Of a DNA stretch of 64,000 bases, positions 44,362 to 55,682 are shown piece by piece (the stretch's first letter is position 1; each line of letters begins with the position of its first letter). The stretch covers positions 704,001 to 768,000 of the forward strand of contig CAWFFU010000003.1 of assembly GCA_963815215.1 (NCBI GenBank), read 5' to 3'. The translations under genes were made by a program, and so were the position numbers. The notes beneath the pieces were generated by a model, which was not told the DNA's origin, made no database searches, and worked only from the letters and a program-made list of their open reading frames with translations. The DNA is from an uncultured Trueperaceae bacterium. GTDB taxonomy: Bacteria > Deinococcota > Deinococci > Deinococcales > Trueperaceae.

Positions 44362-45147
44362 CTAGAGGATCTTGGAGAGGAAGGCTCTAGTGCGTTCCTC
44401 ACGAGGATTCTGGAAGAAATGCTCAGGCGTGCCAACCTCCACGATCTGCCCCGCATCCATGAAGATCACCCGGTCCGCCACCTCCCGCGCGAAACCCATC
44501 TCATGCGTCACCACCGCCATCGACATCCCCTCCTTGGCCAGCGTCACCATCACCTCCAACACCTCCCCGATCACCTCCGGATCCAACGCGCTCGTCGGCT
44601 CATCGAACAACATCACCTTCGGCTCCATCGTCAACGCCCGCGCGATCGCCACCCGCTGCTGCTGCCCCCCCGACAGCTGCCCCGGATACTTCCGCGCCTG
44701 CTCCGGGATCCCCACCTTCTCCAAGAAATACATCGCCCGCTCCTCAGCCTGCGACTTCCGCCACCTACGCACCCGCACCGGCGCCAACGTCACGTTCTCC
44801 AACACCGTCAAGTGCGGGAACAAGTTGAACTGCTGGAACACCATCCCCGTCTCCCGCCGCACCTGATCGATATGACGCACATCATCGGTCAACTCCACCC
44901 CATCGACCACGATGCGCCCCTCCTGATGCTCCTCGAGCCGATTGATGCACCGGATCAACGTCGACTTCCCCGAACCCGACGGCCCGATGATCACCACCAC
45001 CTCCCCCCGATTCATCGACAGATGGATATCCTTCAACACGTGGAAGTCCCCGAACCACTTGTTCAGCCCCTCCACCTCGATGATCCGAGAGCCACCATCC
45101 GGCGCGTCGGCGCGGACGGGTCCCCGGAGAACCGTTCCCTCCGTCAT
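44362..45147 (-). CDS. aapP: Polar amino acid ABC transporter ATP-binding protein
   Basis: [44 protein letters not shown]. Confidence 0.92.
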   Translation of the reverse strand: MTEGTVLRGPVRADAPDGGSRIIEVEGLNKWFGDFHVLKDIHLSMNRGEVVVIIGPSGSGKSTLIRCINRLEEHQEGRIVVDGVELTDDVRHIDQVRRETGMVFQQFNLFPHLTVLENVTLAPVRVRRWRKSQAEERAMYFLEKVGIPEQARKYPGQLSGGQQQRVAIARALTMEPKVMLFDEPTSALDPEVIGEVLEVMVTLAKEGMSMAVVTHEMGFAREVADRVIFMDAGQIVEVGTPEHFFQNPREERTRAFLSKIL

Positions 45148-45194
45148 GTCTCTCCTTCCGCCCGATCGGGCGCGCTCCGCTTCACCGCACTACC

Positions 45195-46409
45195 CTACCG
45201 TTCGCCGACGCCCAGGCGCCGCTCGAGCTGACGGGAGGCTACGCTCATACGATAGGCGAAGAACCAGTACATGACCGCCAGGAACAGCGACAGCTCGAGC
45301 CGCACGCCTCCCGGCACGAGCAACGAGGCGCTCTGGTTGGCCACGATGTTGCCGACGTTGAAGAAGTCGAACAGGCCCACGATGAACACCAGCGAGGTGT
45401 CCTTGAACAGCGCGATGGCCTGCCCGACGATGGCGGGGATCACGGCCCGCAGGGCCTGCGGCAGGACGATCAGACGCGTCCGCTGCCAACCGGAGAGGCC
45501 GAGCGCCTGGGCCGCCTCGTACTGCCCCTTGGGAACGGCCTGCAGCCCACCGCGCACGTTCTCGGCCATGTACGCCGCGGAGAACAGCGTGACGGCGACC
45601 ATCGCCCTCGACAACGGACCGACGGCGCTGGGGCTCACGTCGAGAACCAGCGGCACCATCAGGGAGGCGATGAACAACCACATGATGAGCGGGGCGCCGC
45701 GCACCACCTCGATGAACCCCACGCACACCACCCGGATGATCGGCAGCTTGCTGCGCCGGCCGAGCGCCAGCGCGATGCCGAGCGGGAAGCTGATGGCGAT
45801 GCCGACGATCGAGAGGATCAGCGTCAGCATGAAGCCGCCCCACTCCTTGGTGCTCACCGACCGCAAGGCGCCACCCGCGCCGAAGCCGTTGAGAAGCACC
45901 ACCACGATCACCAGCGAGGCCCCCCAGGACCAGGGTAGGGCGCGCGCCAGGCGCGGCTCGACGCGGCCCGCCAGGTAGCCCAGCACGCCCGAAAGGCAGA
46001 CGGCGAGCCAACCCCAGCGCGCCACCGGCCACGCCGCCAGGCCCACCAGGGCGAGCAGCGCGCTGAGTCCGAAGAACCACCAGAACACGCCGCCGGCGAT
46101 CGACTCACCGTTCCGGCGGCCCGCGCCGGCGGTGGCACCGAGCAACAGCAGCACCAAGGCGGACGCCGCGAAAGGTCGCCACAGCAGCTCCGGCGGATAG
46201 CGGTAGACGGCGAACAGCCTCAGGTTGGCCCACACCGGGCCCCAGTGCGCCTGGGTGAGTACCCACAGGAGGAGCTCGCCGCCCAGGTACAGGAGTACGG
46301 CCGCGCTCAGCAGCGAGGCCAGGGCGTTGCCCCAGCTCGAGAACAGGTTGGCCCGCAGCCACATCAGCGCGCCGCGACGGCGCTTCGGGGGCTCGCGCAG
46401 GGGCGGCAT
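45195..46409 (-). CDS. aapM: Amino acid ABC transporter permease (AapM/BztC-type)
   Basis: WLRANLFSSW, WGGFMLTL, LALGRRS, AYMAENVRGGLQAVPKGQYEAA (EAA loop), FKDTSL. Confidence 0.9.
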   Translation of the reverse strand: MPPLREPPKRRRGALMWLRANLFSSWGNALASLLSAAVLLYLGGELLLWVLTQAHWGPVWANLRLFAVYRYPPELLWRPFAASALVLLLLGATAGAGRRNGESIAGGVFWWFFGLSALLALVGLAAWPVARWGWLAVCLSGVLGYLAGRVEPRLARALPWSWGASLVIVVVLLNGFGAGGALRSVSTKEWGGFMLTLILSIVGIAISFPLGIALALGRRSKLPIIRVVCVGFIEVVRGAPLIMWLFIASLMVPLVLDVSPSAVGPLSRAMVAVTLFSAAYMAENVRGGLQAVPKGQYEAAQALGLSGWQRTRLIVLPQALRAVIPAIVGQAIALFKDTSLVFIVGLFDFFNVGNIVANQSASLLVPGGVRLELSLFLAVMYWFFAYRMSVASRQLERRLGVGER

Positions 46410-46410
46410 G

Positions 46411-48216
46411 TCAGCGCTCCACCAACGCCAGGCGGGCGTTGACGGCGTTGAGGACGAGCGCGAAGACCAGGCTGATGACGATGTACGACGCGATCAGCAT
46501 GATCGTCACCGGCACGCTCGCGCCCGTCTGCGAGGCGATGATGGTGGTGATGGCGAACAGCTCCACGTAGGCGGCCAGGGGCGCCAGCGAGGAGTTCTTG
46601 GTGAGGTTGAGGAACTGACTGATCATGGGGGGCAGGATGATGCGGAGCGCCTGCGGGAACACGATCAGGCGGAAGGTCTGGAGATCGCTGAGCCCCAGCG
46701 CCTTGGCCGCCTCTCGTTGACCGCCCGGCACCGCCTGGATGCCGCCGCGTACGATCTCGGCGATGAAGCTGGCGGTGTAGATGACCAGCCCCAGCAGCAG
46801 CGCCAGGTAATTGCTCGAGAGCGTGATGCCGCCGAAGTAGGTGCTGATGGGGATGGTGGGTCGGCTCACGACGAGCGGACGCGGCGCCGGTAGCTCGAAG
46901 CGCGCGTCCAGGGCAGGCTGCTCGCTCGCCACCGGGGCCTGCGAGGGCGCGGCGAAGAGCTGGGCAGGGCTCATGTTGGTGCCCCCGCCGCCGCTCGTCG
47001 CTGCCTGCACGGCGCCGGTGGTGAAGCGCGGGATGCGCGCCTGGCCGTCTCGATCGGTCACCAGCCGACGGCGGAAGCCCTCCACCGTCAGCCGCAGCTC
47101 GACGGCGTAACCACGCTTCGTCGCCCCGCTGGAGGACAGCTCCTCGCCGGCGTCGAAGCGACCGTTGCCGTTGGCGTCCCGGTAGACGATGCCCTGGTAG
47201 GGCTCGTGGAGGTAGGCGATCGACAGACCCGCGGCTTTGGCCGGATCCGCGAAGACCACCGTGGCCTTGTCGTACTCCCCACGCCGGAGCGGCGGGAAGC
47301 GGAAGCGCCCGTAGTCGATGCGCCGGGACTCCGACAGATCCTGCGTCTGCGTGGTGAGCACGCCCTTGGCGACCCGCGCGATGACCGGGGTGAAGGCGAG
47401 CCTGCGTTCGCCGCCGTCGACCTTGCCGTCGCCGTTGGCGTCCACGAACACGGTGGCGATGCCGCTGACCTGGCGGAAGCTGGTGGCCGTGCCGCGCGGC
47501 AGCGGTGTCGTGCCGGCGAGCAGGTAGCCGAGCGCGGCCAGCGCCAGAGCCACCAACAGGGCCGGGCCGAGCGCGTTCCCAGGCCGATCGGCCCGCCGTA
47601 GCTGGCCGCGGCGCACCGCGAAGGCCGCCGCGCCGAGCACCACAGCGAACCCCAGGTAGGGAAGCCAGCTCGCGAAGGTCGGCGAGGGGTACAGCCAGGG
47701 TAGGGCCACGCCCTGATTGCTCACGAGCACGCCGCCCGGCCAGCGCACCGCGCTCAGGATCCGCGGCGGCAAGGGGGTGAGGATGGCGGTGTACCAGAAC
47801 ACGATCTGCACGGCCAACGGGGTGTTGCGGATGGTCTCGACGTAGAGGTTGGCGAGCTGCCGTAGCAGCCAGTTCGCCGACAACCGCATGACACCGATCA
47901 CGACCCCCAGTACGGAGGCCATCACCACGCCGATCAGCGCCACCTTGAGGGTGTTGAGGACCCCGATCAGGAACGCCCGGGCGTAGCTGTCGGCGGGGGT
48001 GTACGGGATCGGCGTCTCGGCGATGGGGATGCCGGCCCGCACGCTCAGGAACGAGAAGTCCGCGGGGATGTGGGAGCGGGCGAGGGCCGAGCTCACGTTG
48101 TGATAGACGACGGCCGCCGCCGCCACGACGACCGCAGCGAACACGAGCTGGGCCAGCAGTCCCAGAGTCTTGACGTTGCGGTAGAACGGGACCCGCGTTC
48201 CCGAGTGTGTGCTCAT
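46411..48216 (-). CDS. aapQ: Amino acid ABC transporter permease (AapQ/BztB-type), 601 aa, with a large inserted soluble domain
   Basis: FLIGVLNTL, YVETIRNTPL, IAEIVRGGIQAVPGGQREAA, LNLTKNSSL; ~200 extra residues carrying DANGDG/DANGNG repeats. Confidence 0.88.
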   Translation of the reverse strand: MSTHSGTRVPFYRNVKTLGLLAQLVFAAVVVAAAAVVYHNVSSALARSHIPADFSFLSVRAGIPIAETPIPYTPADSYARAFLIGVLNTLKVALIGVVMASVLGVVIGVMRLSANWLLRQLANLYVETIRNTPLAVQIVFWYTAILTPLPPRILSAVRWPGGVLVSNQGVALPWLYPSPTFASWLPYLGFAVVLGAAAFAVRRGQLRRADRPGNALGPALLVALALAALGYLLAGTTPLPRGTATSFRQVSGIATVFVDANGDGKVDGGERRLAFTPVIARVAKGVLTTQTQDLSESRRIDYGRFRFPPLRRGEYDKATVVFADPAKAAGLSIAYLHEPYQGIVYRDANGNGRFDAGEELSSSGATKRGYAVELRLTVEGFRRRLVTDRDGQARIPRFTTGAVQAATSGGGGTNMSPAQLFAAPSQAPVASEQPALDARFELPAPRPLVVSRPTIPISTYFGGITLSSNYLALLLGLVIYTASFIAEIVRGGIQAVPGGQREAAKALGLSDLQTFRLIVFPQALRIILPPMISQFLNLTKNSSLAPLAAYVELFAITTIIASQTGASVPVTIMLIASYIVISLVFALVLNAVNARLALVER

Positions 48217-48282
48217 GCCGCGAACCGCCCGCCTACGAGCTGGAATCGTGCCGGCACGGGCGCGCGCCGGCCCCGTCCCACA

Positions 48283-48318
48283 ACCATGGGGGACGCGTTC
48301 GAACGCGTCCCCCATGGT
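48283..48318. repeat. Perfect 36-bp palindrome between aapJ and aapQ
   Basis: ACCATGGGGGACGCGTTC|GAACGCGTCCCCCATGGT. Confidence 0.85.
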
Positions 48319-48353
48319 GCCGTCGTGGGCATCGACATGTCAGGCAGGCGTAC

Positions 48354-49373
48354 TCAACGGAAGGGCGGCGCGTACAGGATGCCGCCGTTGGTGTAGAGCT
48401 TGTTCAACCCGCGCGGGATGTTGAACTGCGTATCCGGACCGAGGTTGCGGTTGTAGATCTCGGCGTAGTTGCCCACCTGCTTGATGGCCTGCAGGATGCC
48501 GTCGGCCGGCAGTCCCAGGCCCGTGATGTTGTCACCCTCGACGCCCAGCATGCGCCGCACGGTGGGGTTCTGGGAGGTCTTGGCGACATTCTCCACGTTC
48601 TGCGACGTGATGCCGTACTCCTCGGCCGTGATCACGCCGAAGACGATCCACTTGACCGCGTCGAACCAGGTCGAGTCACCGTCGAGCACGGCCGGACCCA
48701 GGGGCTCCTTGGAGATCGTGGCGTCCAGGATCTTGTGGGCGCCGGGGTCGCGAAGCGTGGTCTTGCGGCTGGCGAGCTGCGACTTGTCCGACGTGAACGC
48801 ATCGCAGGCGCCGTTGTCGTAGGCCGAGGAGGCCTGGTCGGGATTCTCGTAGATGACCGGCGTGAAGCTCACGTTGAGGGCGCCGAGCACGTCCGCCAGG
48901 TTCTTCTCGGTGGTCGTGCCGGATTGCACGCAGATCTTCCGGCCTTCCAGGTCCTGCAGGGTGTTGATGCCGGAGTCGGCGCGCACCAGGAAGCCCTGAC
49001 CGTCGTAGAAGGTGGTCGGCGCGAACTCCATGCCGACGGTGGTGTCCCGACTGCTGGTCCAGGTCGTGTTGCGAATGAGCACGTCGACCTCGCCGGTCTG
49101 GACGGCGGTGAAGCGTTCCTGGGCCGAGAGCGGCCGGAACTGGACCTTCGTTGCGTCGCCCAGGACGGCGGCGGCGATGGCACGGCAGAAGTCGACGTCG
49201 AATCCGACGAACTTGCCGCTGGCGTCGACGCTGCCGAAGCCCGGAAGCTGGTTGTTGACCCCGCAGACGAGCGTGCCACGGGCCTTGACCTTGTCCAGAA
49301 GGCTCTGCTGGGCCAGCGCGGTGCTGCCGACCACGAGCGTCACGAGCGTTGCGAGCCATGCCAGCTTGCGCAT
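48354..49373 (-). CDS. aapJ: Amino acid ABC transporter substrate-binding protein (AapJ/BztA-type)
   Basis: Signal peptide; LDKVKARGTLVCGV, GFDVDFCRAIAAAV, RNTTWT, SKEPLGP, VGNYAEIYNRN, YAPPFR. Confidence 0.93.
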   Translation of the reverse strand: MRKLAWLATLVTLVVGSTALAQQSLLDKVKARGTLVCGVNNQLPGFGSVDASGKFVGFDVDFCRAIAAAVLGDATKVQFRPLSAQERFTAVQTGEVDVLIRNTTWTSSRDTTVGMEFAPTTFYDGQGFLVRADSGINTLQDLEGRKICVQSGTTTEKNLADVLGALNVSFTPVIYENPDQASSAYDNGACDAFTSDKSQLASRKTTLRDPGAHKILDATISKEPLGPAVLDGDSTWFDAVKWIVFGVITAEEYGITSQNVENVAKTSQNPTVRRMLGVEGDNITGLGLPADGILQAIKQVGNYAEIYNRNLGPDTQFNIPRGLNKLYTNGGILYAPPFR

Positions 49374-49576
49374 ACGGAACCCCTCTTCCATTACCTTCCC
49401 AAGATGAGACCACGGTGTGGTGCTCGCCATGCTACCCTCCCCGCCCGTGCCTGTAAACCCGCCAGCGAGTACAACGATACGCGGCCGGACAACCAGCCGC
49501 GCGCTCGTCACGAGAACGGGCCGACCTCGCGGTCGGCCCGTCGCGTCCACGATGCCGGCCGACGGCCGGCCACGTC

Positions 49577-50227
49577 CTAGGCCCCGCGTGCCTCCTCGCG
49601 CGCCTCCTCGCGCGCCTCGAGCTTGGCCTTGATGCGTTTGAGCACCGTGACCTCCTCGAGCGCGCGCTGATCGAGCACGCTGCGGATCTGCCGGATCTCG
49701 CCGTTGATGTTGGGGATGACGAGCTGCTCCAACGCGTTGACGCGCCGGTTGGTCTTCTTGATCTCCTCGCCGATGCGCCGCAGGCGCGTCTCGGTGGCAG
49801 CCACGTTGACGATGGCCTCGGTCAGCTTGCGGAACTCCCGCGCGGCCGCCAGCGTCTGGGCGCCCGCACCCACCGGGGAGAACGCCATCCGGGTGTCGAA
49901 CGTGGGCGGCTGCACCTGCGGTACCTTGACGCCGAAGATGTTCTCGACCGTCACCGGCACCTCGAGCGAGCGGCCCTCCGCCAGCCCCAGGCTGGACACC
50001 GCCTCGGGCCCGTCCCAAGCATTGGCCAGGAACAGCGCGAAGTAGGCCTCACGGCTCGCTTCGGCAAGCCTGCGGCGGGCTTCCAGCGAGGTCTTGACGA
50101 GGTCGAAGAACTCGGCCACCAGAGCGTCGCGCTTGCGCTTCAGGAGGTCCGCCCCGCGGACCGCCAGCTTGCGCTGGTCGCGGCGTTGAAGCAGGTTCGA
50201 ACGAGTGGGGGCGATCTGCTCGGCCAT
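49577..50227 (-). CDS. atpD: V/A-type ATP synthase subunit D
   Basis: PTRSNLL, LLKRKRDAL, EIKKTNRRVNALE; last gene of the operon. Confidence 0.95.
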   Translation of the reverse strand: MAEQIAPTRSNLLQRRDQRKLAVRGADLLKRKRDALVAEFFDLVKTSLEARRRLAEASREAYFALFLANAWDGPEAVSSLGLAEGRSLEVPVTVENIFGVKVPQVQPPTFDTRMAFSPVGAGAQTLAAAREFRKLTEAIVNVAATETRLRRIGEEIKKTNRRVNALEQLVIPNINGEIRQIRSVLDQRALEEVTVLKRIKAKLEAREEAREEARGA

Positions 50228-50239
50228 CGAAACGCCTCC

Positions 50240-51664
<1,425 letters not shown>

Positions 51665-51679
51665 GCTCCCTCTCCGGCC

Positions 51680-53419
<1,740 letters not shown>

Positions 53420-53435
53420 GTAAGCCCTCCTGCTC

Positions 53436-53762
53436 TCACTCCAGCTTGATGTCGAACCCGATGGCGTCGCGTACCAGGGACTTCATGTAGGCGACTGCGT
53501 CGTCACCCTCCTCGAAGGCGCCGCCCAAACTGGGCAGCGGCAGCACCACCGGCAGCTCGCGGCCGCGCATGGCTCGCTCGCTCGCCGCGATCGGATCGGG
53601 GATCAACCCCTCGTCCACGACCACCAGGCCGTATTCGTCGGAGCCGATGAGGTCCTCCAGAGCCGCCTTCGCCCCTTCGGCGGTCGCTTCGCGTACCTCC
53701 ACGCCGGCAAGGCGGAAGCCCGCCGCCGTCTCACTGTCGGTGACCACGACCATCTTAGGCAT
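53436..53762 (-). CDS. atpF: V/A-type ATP synthase subunit F
   Basis: [27 protein letters not shown]; operon position. Confidence 0.92.
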   Translation of the reverse strand: MPKMVVVTDSETAAGFRLAGVEVREATAEGAKAALEDLIGSDEYGLVVVDEGLIPDPIAASERAMRGRELPVVLPLPSLGGAFEEGDDAVAYMKSLVRDAIGFDIKLE

Positions 53763-54768
53763 GGCCGAGCTCGCTCTCCAGCGCGTCGCGGGGCACGCCG
53801 TAGAAGGCGCCACGCGCGAGCAACCGCAGCTTCGCCACCTCGGCCTCCTTCAGACGCAAGAAGCGAACCACCACGCCCGGCCCGAGCGGATCCGAGGCGG
53901 CGGCCCGGGCGCCGGCATCCAGCACCTCCCGCACTTTCCGCTCGGCTCCGGCCAGGCTGTCGGTCTCCGCCACCTCGGCGAAGGCCGTGCCCGACAACGC
54001 CTGCAACGCACTCTTCGAGACATCCGTGCGGACGCTCTCGAACAGGGCCCGATCGATCTCGCGCCCTCCCGGGATGAAGACCTCCTCCGGGCTCTCTGCC
54101 ACACCCCGCAACTTCAGCGCGGTCCGCAGGTTGGTGGCGTCGATCTCGCGCACGATGTAGCGCATGAAGCTCGTCGGCGCGCCGGTCCTGCGTAGCCGCT
54201 GCATCAGGATCTGGTAGTAGGCCCGGTCGATGGCAAGCTCCAACGCGTACAGGTCGCCGTCGGACTGGTAGCGGGATACCGCACGCGAGAACGCCCCCTT
54301 CAGAGGCGTCCTTGCAAACGCCAGCGCCTGCGCCGCAGCGGCCATGTCGGGCGTTGCGGCGACCTCCTCCAACACGGCCGGCTTCAACGATCCCGCCGGG
54401 AACAGCGACCCGAGGATCTCCTCGACCGTCTTGCCGGCGTGCTTGGCGCGCGCGATGGTCTTGATGTTCTCCCGGTCGTAGCGCAGCAGAAGCAACTCCA
54501 TCAGCTGGCCCGGCGCGCCGTCCGCGGCCCCCAACAGACTCCGCGTGGTAGCGAAGAAGTCCCTGGCGAGGGCGTCATCGACCGCGCGCAGCCCCTCATA
54601 GCGGGATTGCGCTTCCTCCAGCCCGTGCATGTAGCGCGACTGTCCGAGCACCGACACGAACGCGCGGAAGTCACTGGCCTCCAGAGCTTCGGAGTAGAAC
54701 TCCGGGCCCAGGAGCTTGGTCTTCATGCCGCGCACCCGCGCGTTGATGTAGCCGTAGTCGGTCGACAT
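53755..54768 (-). CDS. atpC: V/A-type ATP synthase subunit C (d)
   Basis: DYGYINARVRGM, EIDATNLRTAL, EAEVAKLRLLARG. Confidence 0.92.
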   Translation of the reverse strand: MSTDYGYINARVRGMKTKLLGPEFYSEALEASDFRAFVSVLGQSRYMHGLEEAQSRYEGLRAVDDALARDFFATTRSLLGAADGAPGQLMELLLLRYDRENIKTIARAKHAGKTVEEILGSLFPAGSLKPAVLEEVAATPDMAAAAQALAFARTPLKGAFSRAVSRYQSDGDLYALELAIDRAYYQILMQRLRRTGAPTSFMRYIVREIDATNLRTALKLRGVAESPEEVFIPGGREIDRALFESVRTDVSKSALQALSGTAFAEVAETDSLAGAERKVREVLDAGARAAASDPLGPGVVVRFLRLKEAEVAKLRLLARGAFYGVPRDALESELGHA

Positions 54769-54769
54769 C

Positions 54770-55363
54770 CTAGCGCTCCCGCGATGCGCCGAAGAGCGCC
54801 TCGGAGACCTCCGACGCGAGTTCGGCCCGCAGCACCTCCAAGCGCTCGAACAGCGAGTTCTCGATGGTGTTGTTGCCCTTGAGACGCAACCGCACGCCGC
54901 CTCGGATGGCCGCGTCGGATATCACCTCGGCCGTCAGCGACAACTCCTTGGCGATACTGTCGAGGTAGCCGCGCTCGTCCGGATGAACGGTGACAGCCTG
55001 CACCTCGCCGGCGTCGAGACCCTCCAGGGCCTCGACGAGCAGCTTCTTCAGCACGGCTGGATAGGCGTCGGCATCGGAGACCAGCGCACCGAGACGCTCA
55101 CGCGCCTCCTCGAACACTGCCTCGACACCGCCGTGCTGGGCACGGAGCTGCAACGAGGACGCTTCGAGCTGCGCGCTGGAACGGGCACGCGTGATGGCGG
55201 CGCTCCGGAGCCCGGCAGCCAGGCGCTCCCGTGCACCGACCAGGGTGTCGCCCTCCTGGCGAGCGTCCGCGACCACCTCCGAGGCGCGGCCACGCGCCTC
55301 GGAGAGGAGGGACTCGATCTCCGTGCTCGCTTCCTTCTCGAGCAGAGCAGCCAGATCGGACAC
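54770..55363 (-). CDS. atpE: V/A-type ATP synthase subunit E
   Basis: N-terminal coiled coil; GGVRL..IENSL; operon position. Confidence 0.9.
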   Translation of the reverse strand: MSDLAALLEKEASTEIESLLSEARGRASEVVADARQEGDTLVGARERLAAGLRSAAITRARSSAQLEASSLQLRAQHGGVEAVFEEARERLGALVSDADAYPAVLKKLLVEALEGLDAGEVQAVTVHPDERGYLDSIAKELSLTAEVISDAAIRGGVRLRLKGNNTIENSLFERLEVLRAELASEVSEALFGASRER

Positions 55364-55367
55364 GTGC

Positions 55368-55682
55368 TCAGCCCATCTTGCCGTACAGGAAGAAGGCGAT
55401 CACGAAGCCGAAGATGATGATGGTCTCGGGGATCACCAGGAAGATCAGCACCTGCCCGAAGGCCTCGGGCTTCTCGGTGATGGTGCCCAGGCCGGCGCTG
55501 CCGATGTAGCCCTGCGCGATCCCCACACCGATGCCGGCGAGACCGATGGCCAGGCCGGCGCCCACACCCAGCAGGCCCATGCCGATATCGCCACCCGTGG
55601 CGGCCGCACCCTGTGCGAAGGCGGTCCCGGCGAAGACGGCGAAGAGGGAAAGGACTCCCAGAACCTTGGCGAGCTTGTTCAT
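55368..55682 (-). CDS. atpK: V/A-type ATP synthase proteolipid subunit K/L (c), single hairpin with signal-like N-terminus
   Basis: GLAGIGVGIAQ, FLVIPETIIIFG (carrier Glu). Confidence 0.93.
   Translation of the reverse strand: MNKLAKVLGVLSLFAVFAGTAFAQGAAATGGDIGMGLLGVGAGLAIGLAGIGVGIAQGYIGSAGLGTITEKPEAFGQVLIFLVIPETIIIFGFVIAFFLYGKMG

Noticed and set aside
55368..55682. Na+-coupling of the ATP synthase from the Q...ET residues in subunit K
   Set aside because: As I recall, similar residues occur in the proton-coupled Thermus subunit, so ion specificity cannot be called from this alone.
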